Assembly: GCF_009914755.1 (NCBI RefSeq)
Contig: NC_060928.1
From: the human T2T-CHM13v2.0 reference genome, Homo sapiens
Direction: 5' to 3' (one strand)
Length of the DNA stretch: 64,000 bases
Shown here: piece by piece, positions 11,831 through 24,290 of the stretch
Numbering within the stretch: the stretch's first letter is position 1
Layout: every line of letters begins with the position of its first letter
Notes under the pieces: generated by a model
Seen by the model: the letters and a program-made list of their open reading frames with translations, nothing else
The model's database searches: none
What the model was told of the DNA's origin: nothing
Position numbers and translations under genes: made by a program

Positions 11831-12386
11831 CTTCAGTGTTATCATCATTATTATTTTCCCTGTGTATGGATAATCTTTGTACAGTCTTTGCTCAAACCAT
11901 AATAATTGTATTTGTTTCACTGTTCATAGGAAACTTATTGAAGAAGTGTAAGACAGTTTATATCAAAATACACCTTATATATCCCAAGTGATTTTGTTTC
12001 TTAAATATCATTTTCTATGTGTTTTACTCTTTTATTCAATAATACATTTAAGCTTAAGAAAAATCTAATACAGAAAGAGAGAAAATGTGTATTCCTCTTG
12101 GCCACAAGCTGAGTATTCCCTGACACAAACAAGTTGAAATGTTCTTAGGGATTTGAAATCTTTTTAAGAACTTGAATCAAAATAAATAATGTTTATTATT
12201 TAATGTCCATTTACATTTCTTACCACAAAAATCTCCTAATTTCCAAGCCCCTATACATCAATATTTCCACCTCCTAAACTAATTAACTCTTGTTTATATG
12301 GTCATGACACTATAACCAGTTATACCCCTGAAATCTCTGCCATAGCATTCAATATATCCAGTATATATAAAAAATTCCTTCTGCCT

Positions 12387-14770
12387 TGTGGTTATCTTAA
12401 ATGTGTCCACAAATTCTTTGCTGCTGTACCTATCAATAAGTGAGCTTAACTTCTTCCCCTTCAGTGTGGACTGGATTCAATGACTTATTTTTAATGAATA
12501 AATGTGGTTGAAGTCATAGTGTATCACTTCCAAAACTAAGTCATGAAAGGGACTGTGGCGTCCCCCTTTATTTCTCTCAGATCACTCACTTTGTGAGAAG
12601 CCAGCTGTCTGGTCATGAGATTAACCAGTCAGACCTATGGAGAGTCCTATATGCCTGGAAAGAAACTAAGGTTTCGTGCCAAGTACCGTTGAGTACTTGG
12701 AAGTTAATCCTCCAGTCCTAGTCTACCCTTCAGATGACTGCAGCCCTGATCAACAGCTTAGCTGCAGCCAGATGTGAGACTCTGAGCCAAAATTACTTAG
12801 GTAAGCTTCTTCTAAATTGTTGACCTACAGAAATCTTACATAAGTCATGTATTCTTTTTTTTAACTTTTATTTTAAGTTCAGGGGTACAAGTATAGGTTT
12901 GTTACATAGGTAAACTTGTGTCATGGGGGTTTGTTTTATAGATTATTTCATGAACCAGGTATTAAACCTAGTACCCATTAGTTGTTTTTCCTGATCCTCT
13001 CCGTCCTTTCACCTTGCAGTCTCTGGTAAGGCCCAACATGAGTTCTTTCATTCCATGTGCCCATGTGTTCTTATCATTTAGCTCCCACGTATAAGTGAGA
13101 ACATGAGGTATTTAGTTTTCTATTCCTGTTAGTTTGCTAAGGATAATGTTGTGACTCTCTATCCATGTCCCTGCAAAGGACATGATCTCACTCTTTTTTT
13201 ATGGCCGCATAGTATTCTGTGGTGTATATATATCACATTTTCTTTATCCAGTCCATCATTGATGGCCATTTAGGTTGATTCTATGTCCTTTCTATCATGA
13301 ATAGTACTGCAGTGAACATAAGCGTGCATGTGTCTTCATAGTAGAATGATTTATATTCCTTTGGGTATATACCTAGTAACGGGATTGCTGAGTTCACTGG
13401 TATTTTTGTCTTGAGGTCTTTGAGGAGTCACCACATTGTCTTCCACAATGGTTGAACTAATTTACACTCCCCAGCAACAGTGTATAAGCATTCTTTTATC
13501 TCCAAAACCTCACCAACATCTGCGTTTTTTTATTTTTTCACAGTAGCCATTCTGACTTGTGTGAGATAGTATCTCACTGTAGTTTGCATTTGCATTTCTC
13601 TAATGATCAGTGATATCGAGCTTTTTTTCATGTGATTGTTGGCCACATATATGTCAACTTTTGAAAAGAGTCTGTTCACGTCCTTTGCCCACTTTTTAAT
13701 GCGGTTGCTTTTTATTGTAAATTTGTTTAATAATTTGTTTTACAGATGCTGGATATTACGCCTTTCTCAGATGCATTTATTTGCAAACATTTTCTCCCAT
13801 TCTGTAGTTTGTCTGTTCACTCTGATGATAGTTTCGTTTGCTGTGCAGAAGCTCCTTCATTTAATTAGACTCTATTTGCCAATTTTTGCTTTCGTTGTAA
13901 TTGGTTTTTGGCATCTTTTTCATAAAATCTTTGCCCATGCCTATGTTCTGAATGGTATTGCCTAGGTTGTCTTCCAAGGTTTTTATAGTTTTGGGTTTTA
14001 CATTTAAGTCTTTAATCCACCTTGAGTTAATTTTTGTATATGGTGTAAGGAAGGGGTTCGGTTTCAGTCTTGTTCATATGGCTAGCCAGTTATCCCAGCA
14101 CCATTTATTGAATAGGGAGTCTTTTCCCACTGCTTGTTTTTGTCAGCTTTGTGGAAGATCAGATAGATGTAGGTGTGCAGTCTTATTTCTGGGTTCTCTA
14201 TTCTGTTCTATTGGTTTATTTGTCTGCTTTTGTACCAGTACCCTGATTTTTTGGTTACTGTAGCTATGTACTATAGTAGCTACCATACTACATGAAGTCT
14301 GGTAGCATGATGCCTCCAGCTTTGTTCTTTTGGCTTAGTAAAATTGTAGATAAAATGGCCTTGGCCATTCGGGCTCTTTTTTTGTTCCATATGAATTTTA
14401 GAGTAGTTTTCTCCATTTCTGTGAAGAATGTCAGTGATAGTTTCAGAGGAATAGCATTGAATCTATACATTGCTTTGAGCAGGATGGCCATTTTAATGAT
14501 ATTGATTCTTCTATCCATGAGCATTGAATGTTTTTCCATTTGTTTTTGTCATTTCTGATATCTTGCAGCAGTGGTTTGTAGTCTCCTTATAGAGATCTTT
14601 CACCTCCCTATTTAGCTTTCTGCCTAGGTACTTTATTCTTTTTACAGCAGTTGTGAATGGGATTTCATTTGTGATTTGGCTCTCAACTTGCCAATATGCA
14701 AAAATCGTGTTTTCTATTTTAAGTCACTATGTTTTAAGGCACTTGTTTACACAGCTTTAGATAATAGCTA
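12387..14770 (+). mobile_element. MLT1F-family LTR split by an L1 insertion (pieces about 12387-12854 and 14700-14770)
   Basis: tgtggtt...ccacaaattctttg; agaagccagctgtc; ccttcagatgactgcagccctg; the LTR end ttttaagtcactatgttttaagg...cacagctttagataa resumes after the L1. Confidence 0.8.
12855..14692 (-). mobile_element. L1PA13-16, 5'-truncated (about 1.8 kb; ORF2 C-terminal part plus 3' UTR)
   Basis: Poly-T then aacttttattttaagttcaggggtaca; ORF 14288-14539 gives the L1 ORF2 peptide [34 protein letters not shown]; diverged TSD-like aagtcatgtattc / aaatcgtgttttc. Confidence 0.92.
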
Positions 14771-15155
14771 TTTTTATCCTGGGAGTGGGTGTTAGGGTAG
14801 CAAAACACAAACCTAAACAAAGAAATCCAAATCCTGCAATATTGGAGTGGATTTAGAAACCAAAAAGAGTTTGAAGAAAGTATATGTGAAAGCATCAAGA
14901 TCCTTGAAGAAGCTGAAAATTTTATAAGCTTTGAGAATACCGCAGATGAGGGCTTAAAGAAAGTATGAAAAATCTTACCGGAAACTGTTGGAAATGGGAT
15001 TTTTAAAATACAATTAAGAACGTTTGGCAATATTGTCACCTATGGTAAGGTGGAAAGTAGAAAACTAACTTATCTGAGTGATCTAGCTAAAAATATTTCT
15101 TAGCAAGGTGTTAAAGTGTCACTCTATTTTGTCTTAGTGCTTATAAAGCATGAAC
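14771..15155 (+). mobile_element. MLT1-int (MaLR internal) fragment contiguous with the LTR
   Basis: cctgggagtgggtgtt...aaacctaaa...gagtttgaag...gtggaaagtagaaa...gatctagctaaaaatatttc are MaLR-int motifs. Confidence 0.65.
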
Positions 15156-15169
15156 TAAGATCAAGAAAG

Positions 15170-15560
15170 ACAGGAACCAAAGAGAGACTCACACCAGGTA
15201 TATACCCACACTTATAATTACTTTAACTAATTTTTGGCAAATGTGTCCAGGTTATTCAATGAATAATGGGATGACTTTTGTAAGAATGGTTCTGAAATAT
15301 GAGGGTGTTAGTATGAAAAATAATAGCACTGTACCCATACATTATATTACTTTAAAAAAATAACATGAATTCATAGACCTAAATGTTAGACCTTCAAGTA
15401 TTAAAGAAAAGAATACTCTTGCAGTTTTTGGTTAGGCAAAAAGGTGTTAGGATGCAAAACATGAATCACAGAAGATAAACTTAATAAATTAGACTTTATC
15501 AAATTTAACTTATATCAAAATTAAAATTTAAAAATTTCATGAAAACGTATACCTAAAATA
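15170..15560 (+). mobile_element. Ancient L1 ORF2 fragment
   Basis: atagacctaaatgttagacc...ttaggcaaa...aataaattagactttatcaaa. Confidence 0.55.
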
Positions 15561-16265
15561 AGTCAGTTCTACTGTATTTAATTATACCACAATAAACCTA
15601 ACCTAATAAAATAATTAAATTCCATGAGAAGAATCTTTTCAATGTTGTTATTGATTTCTGGTTTTATTACATTCTGATTGGAGACTATTGTTTATAAAAA
15701 TTCCATCTTGTTAAATGTATTTGCCTTCTTGCTGCATTTTAATATACAGTACATTTCATGTATGTTTCATTTGCTCTTGAAAAGGGATATTCTTTATTAT
15801 CGGAATGTAATATTTGATATTTCTCTATATTATCTACCTTATTGATATTGATTATATGTTCTATATGCTTGCTTACTTATTTGTCCTCTTCAGCTATTTT
15901 CACAAAAACTTGCAAAGAGTGATAAACTTTCCTAGTGTTTTTTTCTATTTATCTCTCTGTATCCTTTAGGTTCTACAGTATAAGGGTGGTTTGTACGTTA
16001 CTTAGTATGAAGCTATCTATGTCTAATAGATTTTGATTGTTAATTGTATCATTTTGCATCATAAATAAACTTTATTGTCTAATGTATTGAGGCCTGAGTG
16101 CTTCCTTGTTTGATGAAAGACTTCAAACTTGCCTGCTTAGTAGTATTTCCATTTGCCTGACAGCTTGTTGCTCCTCTTTCTCTCTCTTTCTCCTTTCCTC
16201 TTACTTTCCTTCCTTCCTCTCTCTCATTTCTGAATCACTTTTTTTTTAGATAGACGTTTCTCATG

Positions 16266-16483
16266 TGTCTTAGTTCTGGCTGCTATAACAAATTACCATA
16301 GACTGGGTGGTTTAACAGCAATCATTTATTTTTTACAATCTGGGAGGCTAGAAGTGCAAGATCTAGGTGCCAGCATGGTGCATGTTTGGGTTCTGATGAC
16401 GGGTCTCTTCCAAGTTGCAGGCAGTGACTTTTAGTATCCTTAGATGGTGAAAAGAAGACAAGAGAGTCTTCTGAGGTCCTTTT
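16266..16483 (-). mobile_element. MLT1A-like LTR fragment
   Basis: gtcttagttctggctgctataacaaattaccatagactgggtggttta...ggaggctagaagtgcaagatc. Confidence 0.75.
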
Positions 16484-16936
16484 TATTTTTTACATGCTAC
16501 GCATGTTATTTTATATTTATTGTGTGTGTGTGTGTGTGAGTGTGTGTTTGTGTGATAGAGAAAGAGATACAGGTGGGTTTTTCTTTAGGTGGTATATCTT
16601 TTTTGCTATTTTTTGATATTTATTTTAGAAGCAATGAAAAGTTTCATTGTTTTTAGCAGTTACTTTCTTATTAACATCTTTATAGTATCCTTATTTTTTC
16701 CTTTCAATTAGTTTGTTTTCAGCTTTAAAACATGTGATTTAACTCTTATCTATTCACTAATTTCCTTTTTGTTCTCTGTAGCTAAGCTTTTACTTACTGA
16801 TTGACCCACTTATTTGACATTCAATAAGTTTTTCCATTTTCCCACTTAATATTTTCCTTCTGTTCTCACTTTTTGACATAATATATGGCATTTTTATTTT
16901 GCTTTTTTCCATCCTTGTCACAGCTTTGCTTTTGTC

Positions 16937-17015
16937 TTTATTTATTTATTTATTTCAAAGACAGGGTCTCACTCTGTTGCCCAGGCTCAAATGCAGTCTG
17001 CCCCAGCCTCCCAAA
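16937..17015 (-). mobile_element. Short AluJ/FRAM-type fragment
   Basis: (TTTA)n then agacagggtctcactctgttgcccaggct. Confidence 0.7.
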
Positions 17016-18394
17016 TCACTTGAATGGCAGCTAGGCTCTGAGGCTTTTGTCTTAGAATAAAATTACTGGCAATCTTTTGTCTAGTACTTACCTAATTACT
17101 TCTTAGATGAAATTCATCCTCTAGTACATTGCTGAAGGAAATTCCATGCTTACATCACTGAAAGTGTTTTCGAATATATAGAATTTTTCTACAGCTTCTT
17201 ATTGCCTAGCTATAATATTATGGATTCGAGCTTCCTTTCCTTGTGTTTCTTGAATGATGCTCCACTGTTTTTGTTTTCTTTGTTGTTTTGTTTCTCATTA
17301 CTTTTCAGATGCCTAATTCCAACAAGTGTTATCTTTTTTCCTTGGTAAGCAGCTTATGTTTTTGTTTTGGTTTGGTTTGGTTTTGCGCAGGGGCTTCTTA
17401 GATATTTTTAATATCTTTAACGTCTGAAGAATTTCCAGAATATGTCACAGAGTTGATTGTTCTATGTCAATTTATCTGGGTATACATTCATCCTGTTCTG
17501 TTAGTCATTTCGGGACTTTTATTCCCAGAGATGTTTTTTTCTTTTTCTTCTTCTTGCCATTATCAACAGAAAAAAAGCCCTTTAATTAACAAAAAGACAA
17601 GTCTACAACTATTTACCCACGTATCCTGAAGCTATGGAAAATAAAGAAACCCTGAAAACTTGAGCAATGACTGACCAGATTGTGAATTATTTTCAAGAAT
17701 GGTCAGTAATTTCATTGCCATGTCAAAAGACCCAAGAGCATATAATTGACTGTATTTTTCTTGATAGTTATGAAATTCTCAGGACGAAAGACTTGGCTTT
17801 AACTCCCAGTGTGAGCTTCATCAACATTTGTGAATTGTATAAAATTCCCTAGATAAATGCTTTTCAGTAGCAGCCCCATACAAACAGTATTAAAGATTTT
17901 GTCTTTTTTCCACAATGATTTTGCAGTTCGCCCCTGACCATGAAGATGGAAGCTCTGTTTTGGTTTGTAGAGCTCACTGCTTTCTCCCAAGTTTAGTCAA
18001 TCTGGACAGACGGCTGGCAATGTGGATGGAAAAGCACTCCTACATGCAAAGATTTTAAGGGATTTGTAGGTGTAGGACAGGTCAAGGGTCAGCAACAATT
18101 ATCATCTCTTACGATAGACTATTTAGTAGTTGTGAACAAAGAATTACTTCAATTTTGCTTTTTTCCAAATTTCCCAGGTAATTTTTGTGCATTCTAATGT
18201 CTAAACTAAGGTATTTTAGCAACTGATATCTGAAGGCAAGTTGTTCCTCAATTGTTTAACTCATTTCATAAGGACTGTGTGAAATCCTTTTTGACCATGT
18301 TGGTATTGACACATAATACTTGACGTATTCTTGGGGTGCATCAAGTTCTTGTTGCAAGGCTATCATACACTATCTTTGTAAATTCTAATTGTGC

Positions 18395-18495
18395 CATTAG
18401 AAAAAGTATGGGTTTTGTGAATAGACAGATCTGGGGTTGAATGCACAGTACGGCTCACTGTGTTATTTAGAACAAGTTATGTATTCTCTATGATA
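18395..18495 (+). mobile_element. MIR 5' fragment
   Basis: agacagatctggggttgaat...aacaagttat. Confidence 0.5.
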
Positions 18496-18539
18496 AGTAC
18501 TCTTCAATTTAAAATTGACTTAAAATAGTCACAGTTCAG

Positions 18540-18680
18540 TTTTGAGATCTATATACAATGGTTTTATGTATTTCATTGGTGGAAACTGAATAAAGCATAC
18601 ACAGAGTTCTGTTGTAGTTTGAACTTCTTATAACTGCATATGAATCTACAATTTTCTTAGTAAAAATTTCAATTAAAATG
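18540..18680 (+). mobile_element. L1MC/MD 3' end fragment
   Basis: cattggtggaaactgaataaagcatacacagag...ttcttataactgcatatgaatctacaatt. Confidence 0.65.
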
Positions 18681-18686
18681 TATATA

Positions 18687-18980
18687 TTTTGTTTTTTTTT
18701 TTCAGAGTCTCTGTCCCCCAGCCTGGAGTGCAGTGGCATGATCTCGGCTCACTGAAGCCTCTGCTTACCAGGTTCAAGCGATTCTCCTGCCTCAGCCTTG
18801 CTAGTAGCTGGGATTACAGGCTTACGCCACTATGCTCAGCTAATTGTTTTTTGTATTTTTAGTAGAGATGGGGATTCATCATGTTGGCCAGAGTGGTCTC
18901 AAACTCCTGGCCTCAAGCGATCCACCCACCTGGGCTTCCCAAGGTGCTGGGATTACAGTAGTGAGCCACCATGCCTAGCC
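18687..18980 (-). mobile_element. AluS (Sx/Sz-like), full length
   Basis: Reverse-complement Alu dimer flanked by tatatatt TSD. Confidence 0.95.
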
Positions 18981-19551
18981 TATATATTGTCTTAATGTGT
19001 CAAAAATATTCAATGAAATGCTGATTCTTTCTCCAAAAATCAACACCTATTCATTAAAGCCCAGATGTGTTCATTTTTTTTACAGTTACCCAAGAAAAAC
19101 ACTTTTTAATAAACAAGGAAAATATAGGATCACATGTTATCTTAATTTTAAAGAAAGTGTGTATATGTGTACATATATAGTCACTTTGAGCACTCAACTT
19201 GGAAATTCTTCTGTTAAAATTTTACAACTGCACAAATTTTGATAAAAATGAGTTACAAAAAAAGTAAATGCATGAATGGTCTTTGCTACAATCTATTTTA
19301 GCAATGGCAAAAATTAGTAAGAAATATGCAACTATCTCTATTAAACCACATTCTTGTCTAGGCTGTAGTTTAGAAAAAGGCTTTTAAAAGACTGGGCTTA
19401 CCCTGGATTGAGAGGTAAGAATGGTGATCTATTGTTTTTTACTCAGAGTAAGTTATGTAATCATGCTAGTTTTTCTATGTAGTTTGGTCATTGCCTAATC
19501 CTCCAGTTGTTTCTGTGAGTTACCTAATAGCCACTAATAAATCCTTACTGG

Positions 19552-19868
19552 GGCCAGGCACGATGGCTCAAGCCTGCAATCCCAGCACATTGGTAGGCCG
19601 AGGAGGGCAGATCACCTGAGTTCAGGAGTTCGAGACCAGGCTGGCCAACATGGTGAAACCCCATCTCTACTAAAAATACAAAAATTAGTCAGGCATGGTG
19701 GCAGGGATTTGTTAGCTGAGCTACTCAGGAGGCTGAGGCAAGAGGATTGTTTAGACCCAGGAGACACAAGTTGCAGTAAGCCAAGATTGTACCACTGCAC
19801 TTCAGCCTGGGCGACAGACACTCTGTCTCAAAAACAAACAAACAAACAAAAAACATAAAATAAATAAA
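19552..19868 (+). mobile_element. AluS (Sx/Sz-like), full length
   Basis: ggccaggcacgatggctca...gtctcaaaaacaaac; TSD aatccttactgg / aatctttactgg. Confidence 0.95.
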
Positions 19869-21273
19869 TGAATCTTTACTGGGTCTCATACACAGCCTGA
19901 GTGCTGGCATGGTTGCTTTATTCGAAAACATACATAGAAAAAATAACCTCAATACACATATGCCAGAACTAGAGAGCATCTTTAGCTTCTCTCATTTATT
20001 TTTCATCTTTTTTCATTTATTTTCCTACAGGTTCGGGGTCAATACAGCCAACAGGGCCAAATTTAAAATAGTCCATTCCTACAGTTTGCTGAATTTAAAA
20101 ACTCTGTCCCCAGAGTGTACATTTTCTAATTAGTTAATTAAAAACAATGAATTTTACATGTTTAGATCAGCTTCTCATAAATTTTCCTTTTGGAAGGGTG
20201 TAGTATTACTTTCACAAAGTAAAAGTTCTCTTTGTTCCTCAAGTTAAGGCATCTGATACGGGGAAACTGATTGTGTTTCTGACTAATGATGGGAGTTAAT
20301 AGTTAGAATCTTAATTGGCTTCCACAATTTTAAAGAAAACATCTTGCTCCATCTAACTTATTCATTATTTTAATTCACAAGAGTTTCAGAATTCAAGAAA
20401 AGAGACATGCTATTTATTTGATACCTCTCAAAATGCTCAAACACATATCAAATAACCCCAAGTACTTTATAGTCCATATGGACAATATATATGAAGAATA
20501 GATTTTTGTATGTATTCTGAGAGTATTATTATACATCAGGACATATTGGTGGATAAAGTAGTCAGTAAAATAAACCTTGAATTCTTAAGTGGTCTGGTAT
20601 TAATTTGTTTGGTTGACTAGAACTTGAGCTTCACTGTGGCCTCTGGTAAAATTGGAACTTGGATGCTAAAAATGAATTTGTATAAGTGAATTAATTAAAG
20701 AAGTTAAAAATGTTAGAGGAACTGTATCCTGTATCGTTATATTTTATTCAACCATAGCCTACCATGTCCCCTGAGTGTTTTCATGGAATACCACTTCGAG
20801 GATCCTATTGGAGAGGCAAGTAGCAATATGACAAAACATACTTTTACTGGTTGTTATGTGTAGCCTGAGGACGCAGGTAGAAGATTAGGCCACTGAACAG
20901 GTTTCCTCAGTTCAACGAAGTTGGTAAGATTCTTAGGTAGCAAAGGCAAAACATGACAGTTGTCTGTCAGAGGCAATGGGAATGGCATTAAAAATTGTCT
21001 AATTATAAAACCTTTTAAGAGAGTGTTGATGGCATCCATAGGACATTTACTACTGGATTTTTAAATCATAGGCCTGGATAACTGACTAAGGCTATGATGA
21101 TAAATAGTTAGAGCCCCTCTGTTAGAAAAAAAGTTCGGAGTCATAAAGAAAAACAGCACTTAAATAAAGGATTTCTCAGCAAAGCAAATTTACTTTTGCG
21201 CAGAAGGGTGTTTCTCATCAGGCTGGCTGGCACGAAAGCACCCTGAACAAAGGAGAGTGCAAGCTTTTATTTT

Positions 21274-21580
21274 CTTTTTATATTTATTTATTTATTTGAG
21301 GGAGTTTCGTTCTTGTTGCACAGGCTGGAGTGCAATGACGCGATCTCAGTTCACCGCAACCTCCGCCTCCTGCGTCCAAGCGATTCTCCTGCCTTAGCCT
21401 CATGAGTAGCTGGAATTACAGGAATGCACCATCATGCATGACTAATTTTGTGTTTTTAGTGGAGACAATGTTTCTTCATGTTGGTCAGGCTGGTCTTGAA
21501 CTCCCGACCTCAGGTGGTCCGCTTGCCTCGGCCTCCCAAAGTGCTGGGATTACTAAAGGCATGAGCCACCACGCCCGGCC
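21274..21580 (-). mobile_element. AluSp-like element inside the LTR10
   Basis: gagtttcgttcttgttgc...gcaatg...caccgcaacc diagnostic positions; TSD aagcttttatttt (21261-21273, 21583-21595). Confidence 0.92.
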
Positions 21581-21802
21581 TGAAGCTTTTATTTTTACCG
21601 CGACTCTTGACCCTGTGTCCTTTTCTCATTGGCTGGGGTTGGACTGCACAATCTAAAGTGGACTCGATTGGCTAAGCATTTAAACTTTTTTAGATAAGGT
21701 GGGCACCTAATGGGAGAGAGGGGAGAGGAGGAAAGGGTCGTCTACAGAGGACTAGAGAGCCAGTCTATTTTCAAATAAGGAAAGGAATGTGAGTTGGGGC
21801 TG

Positions 21803-21822
21803 TGGCATGTCTGGGCATGTAG
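21803..21822. promoter_or_regulatory. Candidate p53 response element in LTR10
   Basis: TGGCATGTCT GGGCATGTAG: two RRRCWWGYYY decamers with no spacer, both with CATG cores, 3 flank mismatches. Confidence 0.55.
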
Positions 21823-24069
21823 TAAAATCAGAAGAAAAGGAGAAGAAAGGTGGTGGGCAGGGGGCGGGTACTTGGAATTAGAGAATAAGAAGTTGAGCAG
21901 GCTGTTTGAAGAGAGCCCTGCCATATCTCACACCCTCTGTTTGCCATTTGTGAACCACATACACTGAGTGTTCTTTGAGGGAATTGGAGTCTGCATACTT
22001 CTGAGAAGGATCCTGCTATCAAGTTTAATGTATAAATATTGGTATGCTAATAAGTGGATTTTTAGCATGAATCTGCCTCTTGATCAATACATTGGGACCC
22101 CAAATTCATACAACGGTTAATTTTCAACTGAGCATGTCGTTGGAATAGATATTTACAAAAATGTAAAATTCGTTCATTGGTTCCATGATCCTTGGCATAA
22201 AGAAACTTTTGGTATAAAGAGCCAAGAATATGTGCTTAGAAATTATCTTCCCTATCAAACAAGTAAGCAGGCTTACTGCCCTACCCTGGGGCAATCATAG
22301 TGTTAGAATCACATCCAAGATTTAAAAGTTTTAGAGTGGTTATGCCTATAATACCATCATTTTATCTACCTATTTGTATTCTGAAAGAGATTGATAGGTC
22401 TTAAAGGATAAAAGTGGATTATCATAAACTTAATAAAGTGGTATTTCAAATAGCAAATCTGTCAAGTGTCAGTTCTCTTGCATACCGTAATTCAGTCTAG
22501 ATAGACACTCATTGTCATAATTCCATAGGACTTCAGAATGTGTCACTACAGAGAGGATACTATAAAAACATAGCTGGGCTTTCACAGTAACATATTTGAT
22601 TATTAAACAGAAGTGGTAGAGAAAAGGATTATCTTCACATGGGTCCTAAAGGAACACTTAAATTGCATATATTCCCAGTGTGTCTATTCCTACCTCACCA
22701 CTATACTTCTCATTTCACTAGAAGAAATTACTTTAGATCTGTTGACTGAAATTGAGTAAAATTGATGATGGTTTACAGGCAGCTCTACACATGGTCGTCA
22801 GCAACCAGAAAGGATAGTACCCGGTTCAGTGGTGGCCTGAAGGAAAGTGAAGAAAAGTAAATTCCTGTGGGAAATTTAGTTCCATTTCATGGTCTACTTT
22901 GTTTGGAAATTGTAAGCACCTAAATTATTTTAAATACTAAGCTTCACTCCCATTGCGGTTTTTCATAAAAATATGGATGTGACCATCTCATCAAAATTTG
23001 TTGATGGAAATAATGCTAAATATAGCTAATTTATGTATTGAGTTGATGTTATACAGTGGATTGGAGGCAATTAAATGCATGGCTTTATTTACTTTTTATG
23101 ATTCCAGCAGCTATTTTAATCTTGGAATTCACTGAAAAAAATTAAACATTATGTTTACTTTTAACAATTTTATTGAAGGTGTATGTGAGTATACTGTTAC
23201 TTTAAAACTTTTACCTTTATCTGCATAATTAAAATAATTTCTAATAGAAAAAGATTAAATATTACTTATATCTCAGCCATGTTTTCAAATATTTGACATT
23301 ATAGCAGGAAGTACAAGTATAATATAAACAAGAGCCAGATTATGATGGTTAATAAAGGTATAACTTTACCTGATAGAAATATTGTAGTTTTAAGAGATTA
23401 CCAGAGAACAATTGTTTTTGAAAATGTGACCACCATAGAAAAAGAAGTGCATCAATCCATTACTCAGTTTTAATATCATTCTCTCTTGTTCAATATAGAA
23501 AACCACTTTTAGAATGTTAGACCAAAGAACATTCTTTCAATTCTCAATATGAAAAAAAAGAATTATTTGTTCTTATTAAACTTGGGTTGTTAAGACAGAA
23601 TTATTCATAGTACATTATTATAAGGCACCTCAGGGGCATTTCCAACATAGAAGCAACTGAATAAACTTATTTTGCTTGCTTCTGGCTTCTGTGTTATGTT
23701 CCCATAGAAGCAAATAAAAAGCTTTCAAATCACTTGTTTTTTGGAATTCATTCAGCCTATTTTCATAAATCACATACAAATAAGAAGCCAGATACCTTTA
23801 AACTCATGAAGAAAAATCCTTCCATAGGTTTATATAGGGCCCAGAAGGAAGGCAATCTATTTGTGCCCTAAGTGAACAATTGTTTTATTCCTTTCATATA
23901 ACTCTGCTCTTACACTCATGGTGTGCAAAAAGCTCTGGAACTAAACACAGGTTTCAATCACTGGCACATATACTAATAGTCTCCTATTCAAGTGCTACAT
24001 TTGGTCAAGACATAACCACAATTCAAGCAGAGAATAAAGAAAATCTCTGAGAGATGATACTATTGTCTA

Positions 24070-24290
24070 GTTGTTAAGCGAGAAAGGCTTGGAGCTAGAA
24101 TTTCTGAGGTTCATTCTCTCCCCACTGCCAACCAGCTTCTTTAGCTCAGGCAAGTTATTTATCCTCTCAGACTTAATCTTCTCTTCCGTAAAGTAGGAAA
24201 AATAATAGCCCGAACTCAAAAGGTTTTGGTGAGGATTCAGTGGGTTAATGTATATTAGGAAGTTGAGACAGAGATCAATACATATTAGAA
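24070..24290 (+). mobile_element. MIR SINE
   Basis: caggcaagttatttatcctctcagacttaatcttctcttccgtaaagtagg...gtgaggattcagtgggttaatgtat. Confidence 0.75.

Larger units (their letters stand above)
21120..21932 (-). mobile_element. LTR10-family (ERV1) solo LTR, probably B/D/E subgroup, containing an Alu
   Basis: TG...CA ends with a 5-bp TSD ccctc (21115-21119, 21933-21937); minus-strand start tgtgagatatggcagggctctcttcaaacagcctg and ctcacattcctttccttatttg resemble recalled LTR10B/D/E. Confidence 0.75.
20720..22900 (+). mobile_element. Degraded ERVL-class internal sequence (gag/protease/RT start), interrupted by LTR10
   Basis: gtggattatcataaacttaataaagtggta at about 22414 reads VDYHKLNKVV, the ERVL RT VDYRKLNQVV motif; ggaatagatat protease-end motif. 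The piece left of 21120 is less certain. Confidence 0.6.

Noticed and set aside
13636-14558. Several 80-110 aa ORFs
   Set aside because: All are sense or antisense frames of the L1 ORF2 remnant
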